From contig DASPNR010000042.1 in the NCBI GenBank assembly GCA_035626395.1, forward strand, positions 348,484-412,483: a stretch of DNA of 64,000 nucleotides, in the 5' to 3' direction. The position numbers and the translations under genes are program-made. The notes under the pieces were generated by a model. That model searched no databases and was not told the DNA's origin. It worked only from the letters and a program-made list of their open reading frames with translations. Shown piece by piece: positions 49,254 to 61,659 of this stretch (position 1 is its first letter; each line of letters starts with the position of its first letter). This DNA is from Candidatus Limnocylindrales bacterium (GTDB lineage Bacteria; Desulfobacterota; Binatia; UBA1149; CAITLU01).

Positions 49254-49565
49254 CTACTTTCCGAGAATTCCCATCAAGCCGCGCGAGGTCATGTCGACCA
49301 TCGTCAGCCCGATCATGATCACGAAGAACAGCACCCCCGCGCCTACCGTCAGCCAGATCAGCGGCGAGCTCTCACGCACGTGCATGAAGATCAGCATGAC
49401 CATGAGAGCCTTGGCCACCGCAATGGCGAGCGCGACCACGTTGTTCATCGCTCCCATGTCGACGTACGCAGCGCCCACCGTCAGGGCGGTGAAGACCATC
49501 AGCGCACTGAACACCATCAGGTACGCGCGAACGGTGGCCTTGGGATCGTAGTGATGAACCGACAT
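49254..49565 (-). CDS. Cytochrome c oxidase subunit IV (prokaryotic COX4_pro family)
   Basis: 103-aa three-TM protein immediately downstream of coxC. Typical caa3/aa3 subunit IV position and hydrophobic pattern. Confidence 0.65.
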   Translation of the reverse strand: MSVHHYDPKATVRAYLMVFSALMVFTALTVGAAYVDMGAMNNVVALAIAVAKALMVMLIFMHVRESSPLIWLTVGAGVLFFVIMIGLTMVDMTSRGLMGILGK

Positions 49566-49574
49566 CGCGCGCTC

Positions 49575-50214
49575 CTAGCTGTGCCGCCCGATCAGATACA
49601 GGAGCGGGAACAGGAAGATCCAGACAAGGTCGACGAAGTGCCAGTACAGGCCCATCACCTCCACCGGCGTGTGCCATCGCGGCCCGTACTGCCGTCGCAG
49701 CGCAGCCACCAGAATCACGGCCAGGATCCCGATGCCGATGATCATGTGCACCGCGTGCAACCCGGTCAGCGTGAAGTAGATGGAGAAGAACAGCCGCTGC
49801 AGCGGGGCGTCGTCGGCCTGATAGAAGAAGTTCCCGGGGAACAGCCCCTCGTGCCATTTGTGCGTGTACTCGTAGGCCTTGACCCCGAGGAATACGAGCC
49901 CGAGCGCCATCGTCCCGAGCAGATACATGGCCAGCTCCCGCTGCCGGTCCACGCGAGCCGAATGCACGGCCATGGCCATCGTCAGCGAGCTGGCAATCAG
50001 CACGACAGTGTTGAAGGCCCCCAGCACGACATCGAGATGATGGCTGCCGTGGACGAAAACGTCCGGGTAATGCGCGCGATAGACGACGTACGCGCAGAAC
50101 ACGCCGCCGAAGAACAGGATCTCGGTGACGAGGAACACCCACATCCCGAACGTGGAGGCATCGAGCTGCTGCTGCTCGGTGGCGAAGTGGTGCTGGAGGC
50201 GCGAGGCGGTGCTG

Positions 50215-50222
<8 letters not shown>
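49575..50222 (-). CDS. coxC: Cytochrome c oxidase subunit III
   Basis: [20 protein letters not shown] ... HVIIGI-type helices, and [16 protein letters not shown] near the C-terminus. Start ATG 50222 overlaps the coxA end by 8 nt. Confidence 0.85.
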
Positions 50223-51902
<1,680 letters not shown>

Positions 51903-51906
<4 letters not shown>

Positions 51907-52946
51907 TGGACTCCGACTTGGTGGCGCGCGTCCACCGCCGTCGCGCTGCCGGCGCCGGGCTCGGCGCGCAGCGATTTCACGTATTCCACCAGTGCCCGCA
52001 GCTGCTCCTCGGTGAGCTGACCCTGGAACGTCGGCATCACGGGCGGGTAGCCCTTCACCAGCTTGGTCATCGGCGTCAGGATCGATTCGCGAATGTAGGC
52101 GTCATCGGCCGTCACCGTCTCGCCCGTGGCCAGCTCCACCGAATGTCCGGCCAGGCCGGCAAGCTGCGGGCCGATGCCGCCGGGCGTGCTGAGGTGACAG
52201 GTCTGGCACGCCTTCTCGAGGAAGAGCTGCTCGCCGATCTTCGCGGGCGTCGGGGCCTGACCCGAGGCGGTGGCCGATGCCGTCGACAGGCCGCCGGTGG
52301 CGGCCAGGTCGGTGACGTTGCCGGTGGTGAGCCAGGTCTGATACTCCGCCGGCTCCATCACGATGACGCGGCCGATCATGCGCGAGTGCTCGGTGCCGCA
52401 GTACTCGGCGCAGAACAGGTGGTAGGTGCCGAGCTCGGTGGCCTCGAACCAGGTGGTCGAGTAATGGCCAGGCACCACGTCGGCCTTCACGCGGAACGCC
52501 GGCACGTAGAAGCTGTGAATCACATCCTCGGAGGTCATCGTCAGCTTGACGGGCGTACCGACCGGGACGTGGAGCTCGTTGATCTCGCGCCGCCCCGCCA
52601 TGTGCTGCACCTTCCACATCCACTGCCGCCCGGTGACGAAGACTTCCATGGCGTTGTCGGGCGGCCGTGACAGCTTGAAGTACAGGCTGGCGCCCCAGGC
52701 GAAGATGAACATCACCGTCACGAAGGGAATGAACGTCCAAACGATTTCCAGCGGCGTGTTGCCGTGAATGTCCGCGCCGATGGTGTTGCCGGCGCGCCGG
52801 CGGAACCGGTAGGCGAACGAGATCATCGAGAAGACGACGCCGAGCGCCACCGCCGAGCACACCGCGATCAGGAAGCCGTAGAGCGCGTCCACCTCGAACG
52901 CGTGAGTCGAGGCCTGCGGCGGAAACAGGAACAGGGACGGAAACAT
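51903..52946 (-). CDS. coxB: Cytochrome c oxidase subunit II with C-terminal cytochrome c domain (caa3-type)
   Basis: CuA site [17 protein letters not shown]...[12 protein letters not shown], plus a C-terminal CQTCH heme c motif. Confidence 0.9.
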
Positions 52947-52952
52947 TTCTGA

Positions 52953-53810
52953 TCAGCTCCTCGACGGAGAGCGCCTCTCGTGCCTGCGGCTGAGCACGAT
53001 GAAGCCGAGCAAAGCGATTAAGGTTGCCACGCCGCCCGCCCGCACCGCAGCCATGGCTTCGGTGCTGTATTTCCCGATCGAGGCGTCATAGCGGAAACAG
53101 AACAGCATCAGCGCGTCGACGAGGTTGCCGATCTTCTCCTCGGCAGCCTCCACCAGCGCCAATCGGATGTCGCGCGACGAATACTCGATGCCGTACAGGT
53201 AGCGTGCCAGGCGTCCCTGCGGCGTGGCCACGATGATCCCCGCCGCATGCGCGTAGTCGCCCGTCTGCGGCAGATAGCGGTAGGAGAAGCCGGCAGCGTC
53301 GGCAACGGCACGGATCGACTGCTCGGTGCCGGTCAGGAAGTGCCAGCCACCGCCGCTGCCGCGCCGCTCGTAGCTCTCGAGGTAGACGTCCTTCTTCTTG
53401 CGCGCCAGCTCGGGCGTCTCGGTTGGATCGATGCTGATGACCACGACGTCGAACTCGTCGCCGGCGGTGAAGCTCATCGGCCGCAGCGCCTTTACCGTGC
53501 CGTTGAGCACCAGCGTGCACAGCATCGGGCACTCGTAGTAGGCCATCACAAGGATGACCGGCCTGCTGCCGAAGTAGTCGCCGAGCATGACCTGCTTGCC
53601 GTTCTCGTCGACGAAAGGCGTCTGCAGCGGGAGCTGCTCGCCCAGCCGCTGCTGGAAGTCCACGCCCTGCAGCGAGGTCGGCCCCTGGCTGGCGCTGGGG
53701 GCGGCCTGCGGCGTTCCCTGCGCAACCGGCGCGAACGGAGTTGCCATCGCTGCCGATGCGGTCAGGACCACCGACAGCGCGGCAGCCGTCATCGGGAACG
53801 TGCGCCTCAT
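52953..53810 (-). CDS. SCO1/SenC family copper chaperone (thioredoxin fold, CxxxC) with C-terminal TM segment
   Basis: YYECPMLCTLV CxxxC motif. Downstream HFLTGTEQSIRAVADAAGFSYRYLPQTGDYAHAAGIIVATPQG matches the SCO fold including the conserved His. Confidence 0.8.
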   Translation of the reverse strand: MRRTFPMTAAALSVVLTASAAMATPFAPVAQGTPQAAPSASQGPTSLQGVDFQQRLGEQLPLQTPFVDENGKQVMLGDYFGSRPVILVMAYYECPMLCTLVLNGTVKALRPMSFTAGDEFDVVVISIDPTETPELARKKKDVYLESYERRGSGGGWHFLTGTEQSIRAVADAAGFSYRYLPQTGDYAHAAGIIVATPQGRLARYLYGIEYSSRDIRLALVEAAEEKIGNLVDALMLFCFRYDASIGKYSTEAMAAVRAGGVATLIALLGFIVLSRRHERRSPSRS

Positions 53811-54439
53811 GGCCGTTCCTCGGGCGAGATCGGGTCGTGCGCGTCATCGGGACGCGGGGCGCTGGTTCCGGTGTCGCCCTGTGCGCCTGGGTGTGCCGGC
53901 TGCATGGACGGTGCCTTGCCATCGAGCGCCGGCTCGGCGGTGGAAGGCGCAAGGTCGGCGGCGACTGCTGCTGGTGCACTGCTGGTGGACCGGGCCGCCG
54001 GGGCGGCCGCAGGCGCCGTCGTCGCACGCACGGGAAGTCCCTTGCTGACGACGATCTCCATCGCACGCTCGATCGGCACCTGCACGATGCCGTTGCGGCG
54101 GTTGACCCAGGCCAGCTTGGAAAGCGCCGCATCCTCGGCCGCGCGCAGCGCCAGCAGGTCGGCGCGCGGATCGGCCTGCAGGCGAGGCTCGGGCGGCTCC
54201 TTGCGCGCATGCTTCGCGGCTAGCGGATTGGCCGGCGGGCTGAGCGCAGCTTCGCGTCCGCGCAGGTACTGGAACGTGCCCCACGCCAGCGCGACGAACG
54301 TGACCGTGACGACGGTGCCGTAGATGGCCGCCAGCGTGATCGGCCGATAGTTGATGTCGGTCTCTTCGAACTGGATGCCGGCAATCTCGGTGTGCTCGTG
54401 GCCTTCGTGGCCCGGCTCGTGGGCTTTCTCGTGCTTCAT
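53807..54439 (-). CDS. Hypothetical single-TM protein with His-rich N-terminus (MKHEKAHEPGHEGHEH) and Pro/Ala-rich C-terminus; translationally coupled between actF and SCO
   Basis: ATGA overlaps at both ends (actF stop/start 54436-54439; SCO start 53807-53810). One predicted TM (ITLAAIYGTVVTVTFVALAWGTF). No family recognised. Confidence 0.5.
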   Translation of the reverse strand: MKHEKAHEPGHEGHEHTEIAGIQFEETDINYRPITLAAIYGTVVTVTFVALAWGTFQYLRGREAALSPPANPLAAKHARKEPPEPRLQADPRADLLALRAAEDAALSKLAWVNRRNGIVQVPIERAMEIVVSKGLPVRATTAPAAAPAARSTSSAPAAVAADLAPSTAEPALDGKAPSMQPAHPGAQGDTGTSAPRPDDAHDPISPEERP

Positions 54440-55635
54440 GCCTTCTCGAGCTCCACGGCGACGATGGGATCGTTGAACGCGATGATGGGCCGGGCCACCA
54501 GGCTGCCGAGGTACATCGAGGCCCAGATGCCGCCGATGCCGACCAGCGCGGTCAGGTGCAGCGGATGCAAGGTGAAGTCGCCCGGCGAGAACGAGGGCGT
54601 GATCAGCCAGTACACGTCGATGAAGCGGATCACGACCATGGCCACGGCCACCATCCCGAGCACGCGCGGATCACGCTTCACCTGCCGCGACAGGAGCACG
54701 ATGAACGGCAGTACGAAGTGCGCCAGCACCAGAAGGACCGACACCGGGTACCAGCCGCCGGTGGTGCGCGCGGTGTACCACGGCACCTCCTCGGGCAGGT
54801 TGGCCGACCACATGATCAGGAACTGCGAGAGGTGGAAGTAGGCCCACACCATGATGAAGGCCAGCAGGAGCTTGCCGAGATCGTGGAAGCGCTCGGGAGT
54901 CAGCACCTTGGCGGCGCCGCGCTCCAGCGACAGCACCGAAGAGACCGCGATCATCGCCGTCATCGCGGTCAGGATCTGCCCGCCGGTGAAGAGGACGCCG
55001 TAGATGTGCGAGAACCAGTGCGACTCCAGCGACATCGCCCAGTCGATGGCCGCGAACGTCATCGTCAGCGCATACAGCATCAGGCCGCCGCGGCTGAGGA
55101 AGTGGAAGTTGCGTCCGATCTTCTCGGTGTGGCCGGTCTCGTCCTGCTGCTTGGACCAGGCCACCAGCTTCCTTGCCAGGATCGTCCAGATGACGAAGTA
55201 GGCGACGGCGCGTGCCAGGAAGAACGGCGTGTTCAGGTACGGCGACTTGTGCTGCAGGATCGGATCGTGCGCCACGATCGACGGGTCCGCCCACTCGTAG
55301 AGCGCGCGCAGCCCGATCGCGATCGGAATGAACAGCACCGCCATCAGCGGAACCGTGGAAGCGCCGGCCTCCAGCGGACGCCGCAGCGCCGCGCCCCACC
55401 GTCCGCCCGTGATGTACTGCAGCATCAGGATGCCCATCGAGCCGAGCGCCATGCCGAGCCAGAACATGTAGGCGACCAGCCAGGCCTGGAAGAACTGCTG
55501 CGGCCAGATCAGCGCGCCGAGCACGCTCAGCACCAGGCCGCCGGCGCCGATCATCATCGCGGGGCGCTGCCAGCGCCGCAGCACGTGCCCGCCGTCGAGC
55601 GAGAAGTCCGCGCGATCGTGTCTGGTCTCAGCCAC
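54436..55635 (-). CDS. actF: Alternative complex III subunit ActF (NrfD-like polytopic membrane protein)
   Basis: Ten-TM NrfD/PsrC-like protein following actE. GTG start overlaps the actE stop (GTGA). Confidence 0.75.
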   Translation of the reverse strand: MAETRHDRADFSLDGGHVLRRWQRPAMMIGAGGLVLSVLGALIWPQQFFQAWLVAYMFWLGMALGSMGILMLQYITGGRWGAALRRPLEAGASTVPLMAVLFIPIAIGLRALYEWADPSIVAHDPILQHKSPYLNTPFFLARAVAYFVIWTILARKLVAWSKQQDETGHTEKIGRNFHFLSRGGLMLYALTMTFAAIDWAMSLESHWFSHIYGVLFTGGQILTAMTAMIAVSSVLSLERGAAKVLTPERFHDLGKLLLAFIMVWAYFHLSQFLIMWSANLPEEVPWYTARTTGGWYPVSVLLVLAHFVLPFIVLLSRQVKRDPRVLGMVAVAMVVIRFIDVYWLITPSFSPGDFTLHPLHLTALVGIGGIWASMYLGSLVARPIIAFNDPIVAVELEKA

Positions 55636-56269
55636 CGTGGTGCTCCTGTTGGGCCGCCGGCTGCGCGGGCTGACCGCCTTCGCCTTGTCCCTCGGCGGCC
55701 TCGCCTGCGGTCAGGCGCGCGCGCTCCTCGGCGTTGAGGTCGTCGTAGCTGGCGTTCTGGCTGAGCTGCAGCGCGCGAATGTAGGCGACGATGGCCCACC
55801 GGTCCGGGACCTCCACCTGCATCGCGTAGGACGGCATGGTGGCAAAGCCGTTGGTGATGACGTTGAAGAAGTAGCCGGGCGGGCTCATGCGCAGCCGCTC
55901 GTCGTGAAACGACGCCGGCTGCTTGTACCCGCGCATGACGATCATCCCGCGCCCGTCGCCGACGCGCGAGTGGCACGGCGAGCAGTAGATGTCGTAGCGC
56001 TGCTTGCCGCGCGCCATGATCTCGGCAGTGATCGGGAACGGGAAGCTGGCGCTCGGGCCGTTGGCGTCGCGCCCGGTGGTCAGCAGCAGGTCCTCGGACA
56101 GCTCGCCGCGCGCGATGGTGCCTTTCACCAGCGGCCGCGAGGCGCGTTTGTCCTTGAAGAACGTGCTGTTCTCGAGGGGCTCCAGGCGCGGCTGGTCGTG
56201 CATGTCGCTACGGCAGGCGCTGAGCGTCGTCAGAAGAAGCAGCGCTCCGAGAGGCCGGGCGACGCGCAT
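55628..56269 (-). CDS. actE: Alternative complex III subunit ActE (lipoprotein monoheme cytochrome c)
   Basis: Lipobox LLLTTLSAC. Single CSPCH heme-binding motif. Position between actD and actF. Confidence 0.8.
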   Translation of the reverse strand: MRVARPLGALLLLTTLSACRSDMHDQPRLEPLENSTFFKDKRASRPLVKGTIARGELSEDLLLTTGRDANGPSASFPFPITAEIMARGKQRYDIYCSPCHSRVGDGRGMIVMRGYKQPASFHDERLRMSPPGYFFNVITNGFATMPSYAMQVEVPDRWAIVAYIRALQLSQNASYDDLNAEERARLTAGEAAEGQGEGGQPAQPAAQQEHHGG

Positions 56270-56442
56270 AGCGGCCCATCTGCTGCGTTGGACGGCTCGT
56301 CCTTCGCTCCGGCGTACCTCCAGTACGCCTCCGCTCGTTCCTCGCCGTCCGCCTTGCATCTGGGCCACTCTGCGCGCCGCCGCCTGATCGGTGCCGATGC
56401 ACGGTCGCGGTGGGCGGATGGTCGCTTCGCTCCATCCGCTTT
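56270..56442. repeat. Copy of the GC-rich intergenic repeat (related to 139-400) filling the whole actD-actE intergenic space
   Basis: atctgctgcgttg...gctcg..ctccggcg..cctccag..cgcct.cgct...ccttgcatct.gggc.actct..gcgcc.gccgc aligns at ~80% with 172-270. Confidence 0.65.
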
Positions 56443-56982
56443 TCACGATTCCACCTCGCTGACTTGCCGCGGCTCCAGTCGGAGCAGGAATCTCCAGGTG
56501 TCGTCGATGTGGAATTTCGGGTCGCTCGCCTCGATGCAGACGAAGAAGCGGTCTTTGGATGCCAATGCGAAGCGCTTGACGTTGAACACCGGGTGATAGG
56601 GCTGCGGCAGGCGGTTCAGGCCGAGCATGCCGAAGATGGTCGTCAGTGCGGCGAACAGGATGATGCACTCGAAGATGACCGGGATGAATGCCGGCCAGCT
56701 GTGCAGCGGCCGGCCGCCGACGTTGAGCGGGTAGTCGATGACGCTGGTCCAGTAGGCCAGGCCGTAGCCGAACAGGCCGCCGGCGATGCCGCCGGCGAGG
56801 ACGAGCTTGGGCAGCACGCTGCCATGCAGCCCCATCGCCTCGGCGGCTTCCTCGATCGGAAGCGGGCTGTAGGCGTCGAAGCGCGTGTAGCCGGCGTGCT
56901 TGACGGCCTCGATCGCCGCCACGAACTCCTGCGGATTGGAGAATTCGGCCATCAGGCCATGGATCGGGAGGCGTTCGGACAT
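56443..56982 (-). CDS. actD: Alternative complex III subunit ActD (DUF3341 membrane protein)
   Basis: MAEFSNPQEFVAAIEAVKHAGYTRFDAYSPLPIEE matches ActD/DUF3341. Two TM helices. Strong AAGGAGGAGGA RBS. Confidence 0.8.
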   Translation of the reverse strand: MSERLPIHGLMAEFSNPQEFVAAIEAVKHAGYTRFDAYSPLPIEEAAEAMGLHGSVLPKLVLAGGIAGGLFGYGLAYWTSVIDYPLNVGGRPLHSWPAFIPVIFECIILFAALTTIFGMLGLNRLPQPYHPVFNVKRFALASKDRFFVCIEASDPKFHIDDTWRFLLRLEPRQVSEVES

Positions 56983-56985
56983 AGG

Positions 56986-58365
<1,380 letters not shown>

Positions 58366-58480
58366 CAGTGTTGTCCTCGCTCGCGTCGCCGGCAGGCCGG
58401 CGCGCTCGCTGATCCGTGCCGCCGGCTGTCGGCGCCGGCGCCTTCGCACTGCCTACGCATCGGTTGCACTGCGGCCGTCA

Positions 58481-61400
58481 TCAGTCCTGTCCTCGCTCGA
58501 CCCTGCCGGCCGGCTCGCGGTGCACCGCCTCGTCCTCGCCGGCGCCGTGGGTGCCGCCCTGGCCGTCGACGGGACGTCCGTGCTCGCGGCCGCCGTGCGT
58601 GTCCTGGTGCGCGCCCTTGGCGTCGTACTGGTCGTGCCCGGCGGCATGCGGATCGGGCTTGGCCAGCGACGGATGCGGATTGGTCACTGAGGCCAGGTAC
58701 GTCGTGCGCGGCTTGGTGCCGAGCTCGGAGAGCATCGCATAGTTGCGCGAATCGGCCTTCGATTTGGCCACGGCGCTGTCGGGATCGTTGATGTTGCCGA
58801 AGATGATCGCATCCGTCGGGCACGCGCCCTGGCACGCGGTGACGACCTCGCCGTCGCGCACGTAGCGGTCTTCCTTGCGCGCCTGGATGCGCGCCTGATT
58901 GATGCGCTGCACGCAGTACGTGCACTTCTCCATCACGCCGCGGCTGCGGACGGTGACGTCCGGGTTGCGCTGCAGCTTGGTGCTCTCGGTGGTCCAGTCC
59001 TGGTAGAGATGGAAGTTGAAGCGGCGCACCTTGTACGGGCAGTTGTTGCCGCAGTAGCGCGTGCCCACGCAGCGGTTGTAGACCATGTCGTTGAGGCCTT
59101 CGCTGCTGTGGACGGTGGCGTTGACGGGGCAGACGACCTCGCACGGCGCCTTCTCGCAGTGCATGCACGGGACCGGCTGGTTGTAGAGCTCGGGATTGTC
59201 GAGGTCGCCTTCGAAATACCGGTCCACGCGAATCCAGTGCATCTCGCGGCCGACCAGCACCTGCTCCTTGCCGACCACCGGAATGTTGTTCTCGCTCTGG
59301 CACGCCAGCACGCAGGCGTTGCAGCCGATGCAGGTGGCCAGGTCGATGGTCATGCCCCAGGCATTGCCCTCGTACTTCCAGTCCGGATAGAACGACGCGT
59401 TCTCGTCGATGCCGTGGTGCTTGTGCTGCGCGAAGGTCGGGTGCTCCTGGAACGTCGCGAAGCTGGCCGTGCGGAACATGTCGCGGCCTTCCAGGCTGTG
59501 GTGCGTCTGCGTGGTAGCCAGCGGATACGTGCTGCCGGTCTTGCGGATGCTGGCGTTCTCGACGAACCACGGCGTCTTCGACGAGCGCAGCATGTAGGTG
59601 TTGAAGCCCACGGCCGTGCCGACCTGGCCGGCGCGCTCGCGGCCATACCCGAGATGCAGCCCGATGCTGTTCTCCGCCATTCCCGGCTGGATCCACGCCG
59701 CCATCTGCAGGCGCGTGTCGCCGACCGAGATCTCGATCATGTCGCCGTTGGCGATCTTCATCTTCTCCGCCAGCGCCGGAGAGACGAGCGCCGGGTTGTC
59801 CCAGGTCATCTTGGTCCAGGGCTTGGGGAGCTCTTGCAGCCAGGCATTGTTGGCGAAGCGGCCGTCGTACGCCGAAGGATCGGGGCGGAACGCGATCTCG
59901 ATGCCTTCCTCGGCATCGCTGCCGGCCGGCAGCGAGGCCAGGTGCGTGAAGACGTCGGCGGCGGCCGAGATTGTCAGCGCAGGGCGCTGGCTGCCGGTGA
60001 TGAAGCCGTCGTGCACGCTGCGCTGCCACAGCTTCTCGAAGTCGCCGGTGGCATTCTTCTTCCAGTGGTCGCGCACCCGATCGTAGTCGGTGCGCGCGGT
60101 GTCGCCGGTCAGGACCGATAGGACTTCGAGCGCCGTCTTGCCGTGGTAGAGCGGCTCGATCAGCGGCTGCAGGATCGTGACGGTGCCGTCGTAGGCGCGC
60201 ACGTCGCCCCAGCTCTCGAGGTAGTGCGCCGCGGGCACGTGCCAGAGGCTCAGGATCGATGTTTCGTCCTGGTGCGAGGACAGATGCAGCGTGAACGGAA
60301 GCTTCTCGAGCGCGCCGCCAAAGCCGAGATCGGCCGGCGCGTCATAGACCGGATTGCCGCCGAGCATGATCAGCGCATCGACGCGACCCGCATTGATGTC
60401 GGAGACGAGATCGACGATGCCGTCGCGCGGCCCCGGCGGCACGTCCTCGAGCGGTTCGGCATAGACGACGGTGCGGCCGGCGTTGCCAAGCTTCTCGTTG
60501 ATCGCATGACAGAGCGCGTGCACCTCGGGCGGCTGGCTCGGCCCCGCCATGATGATGCTCGCGCCGCGATGGTCGCGGAGATCCTGCGCCGCCGCCTTGA
60601 TCCACGCCTCGTGCGCCTCCAGGCCCTTGGGCCTTGCGACGCCGACGCCGACCTCGATGGCCAGCGCCCGCGCAAGGGCAGCGATGCGCGCGCTGCGAAG
60701 CGGAAGGCGGTGATCCGCGTTGCCTCCCGTGACCGTCGGCACGCTCTCGGCGACATAGAGGCGGTTCATGCGCGAGGCCTTGCCGGTGACCTTGCGGCGC
60801 GAGGCGAAGTCGCGCGCGTAGCGGATCTGGCCGGGGCCCTCGAAGAGGAAGTCGCTTTCCAGTGAGACGATGACGTCGGCCTTGGCCACGTCGTAGCGCG
60901 CGTCGACGACGCGTCCGAAGGCCAGGCGAGCGCCTTCGCGCACGTTCTCGCGTCCCACCGGCTCCCAGCGGTGCCATCGCGCCTGCGGCAGCGTGGCCAA
61001 CGCGGCCTGCATGGCGGCGGCGAAGGTGGGCGAGAACGTCGGCGGCGTCAGGATGCGCAGCCCCTTGCCCTGCGTCGCCTTCCACTGCGCGACCTGCGCG
61101 GTCAGCTCGCTGACCAGATCATCCCAGGTGCGAATCTCGCCGGCCCGCAGCAGGACCTGCGAGCGGTCCGGGTCGTAGAGGTCGAGCACGCTGGCCTGCA
61201 TCAGCGCACTGGTGCGGCCGAGGCTGGCGGGATGCTCCGGATTGCCCTCGATCTTGGTGGGCCGGCCCATGTGGCTTTCGGCCAAGACGGGAATGGCGCC
61301 GCCGCTGAGCGGAAAGGCGGTGGCGAAGAACAGCGGCTTTCCCGGGATCAGCTCCTCGGGCTGCTTGACGTACGGCAGGATCTTCTCGACCGGCTGCTTG

Positions 61401-61648
61401 GTGCAGGCGCCGATGCCGGCCAGGGCAAGCGAGGCGCCCATCAGCTTGAGGAACTGGCGCCGGTCCAGGCTGGACGTCAGCGTCTCGGCGCTGGTCGGGA
61501 ACTCCGCATGCAGGAACGCCTGGAATTCGGGCGTGTCGGCCACTTCCTCCAGGCTGCGCCAGTACGAGCGGCCGGTGGACCGTGCCAGCCGCTCGCGGAC
61601 GGCGGCCAGGTCGAATGCGGGTGCTTCGGGATCGATACCGATCTTCAT
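58481..61648 (-). CDS. actB: Alternative complex III subunit ActB (Tat-signal molybdopterin-oxidoreductase-like domain fused to a 4x[4Fe-4S] ferredoxin domain)
   Basis: Twin-arginine signal DRRQFLKLMGASLALAG. The C-terminal half carries four Cys clusters (CIGCNACVLACQSEN, CMHCEKAPCEVVCP, CVGTRYCGNNCPYK, CTYCVQRI...CQGACPTDA). 1055 aa from ATG 61648. Confidence 0.85.
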   Translation of the reverse strand: MKIGIDPEAPAFDLAAVRERLARSTGRSYWRSLEEVADTPEFQAFLHAEFPTSAETLTSSLDRRQFLKLMGASLALAGIGACTKQPVEKILPYVKQPEELIPGKPLFFATAFPLSGGAIPVLAESHMGRPTKIEGNPEHPASLGRTSALMQASVLDLYDPDRSQVLLRAGEIRTWDDLVSELTAQVAQWKATQGKGLRILTPPTFSPTFAAAMQAALATLPQARWHRWEPVGRENVREGARLAFGRVVDARYDVAKADVIVSLESDFLFEGPGQIRYARDFASRRKVTGKASRMNRLYVAESVPTVTGGNADHRLPLRSARIAALARALAIEVGVGVARPKGLEAHEAWIKAAAQDLRDHRGASIIMAGPSQPPEVHALCHAINEKLGNAGRTVVYAEPLEDVPPGPRDGIVDLVSDINAGRVDALIMLGGNPVYDAPADLGFGGALEKLPFTLHLSSHQDETSILSLWHVPAAHYLESWGDVRAYDGTVTILQPLIEPLYHGKTALEVLSVLTGDTARTDYDRVRDHWKKNATGDFEKLWQRSVHDGFITGSQRPALTISAAADVFTHLASLPAGSDAEEGIEIAFRPDPSAYDGRFANNAWLQELPKPWTKMTWDNPALVSPALAEKMKIANGDMIEISVGDTRLQMAAWIQPGMAENSIGLHLGYGRERAGQVGTAVGFNTYMLRSSKTPWFVENASIRKTGSTYPLATTQTHHSLEGRDMFRTASFATFQEHPTFAQHKHHGIDENASFYPDWKYEGNAWGMTIDLATCIGCNACVLACQSENNIPVVGKEQVLVGREMHWIRVDRYFEGDLDNPELYNQPVPCMHCEKAPCEVVCPVNATVHSSEGLNDMVYNRCVGTRYCGNNCPYKVRRFNFHLYQDWTTESTKLQRNPDVTVRSRGVMEKCTYCVQRINQARIQARKEDRYVRDGEVVTACQGACPTDAIIFGNINDPDSAVAKSKADSRNYAMLSELGTKPRTTYLASVTNPHPSLAKPDPHAAGHDQYDAKGAHQDTHGGREHGRPVDGQGGTHGAGEDEAVHREPAGRVERGQD

Positions 61649-61659
61649 AAAGATGATGC

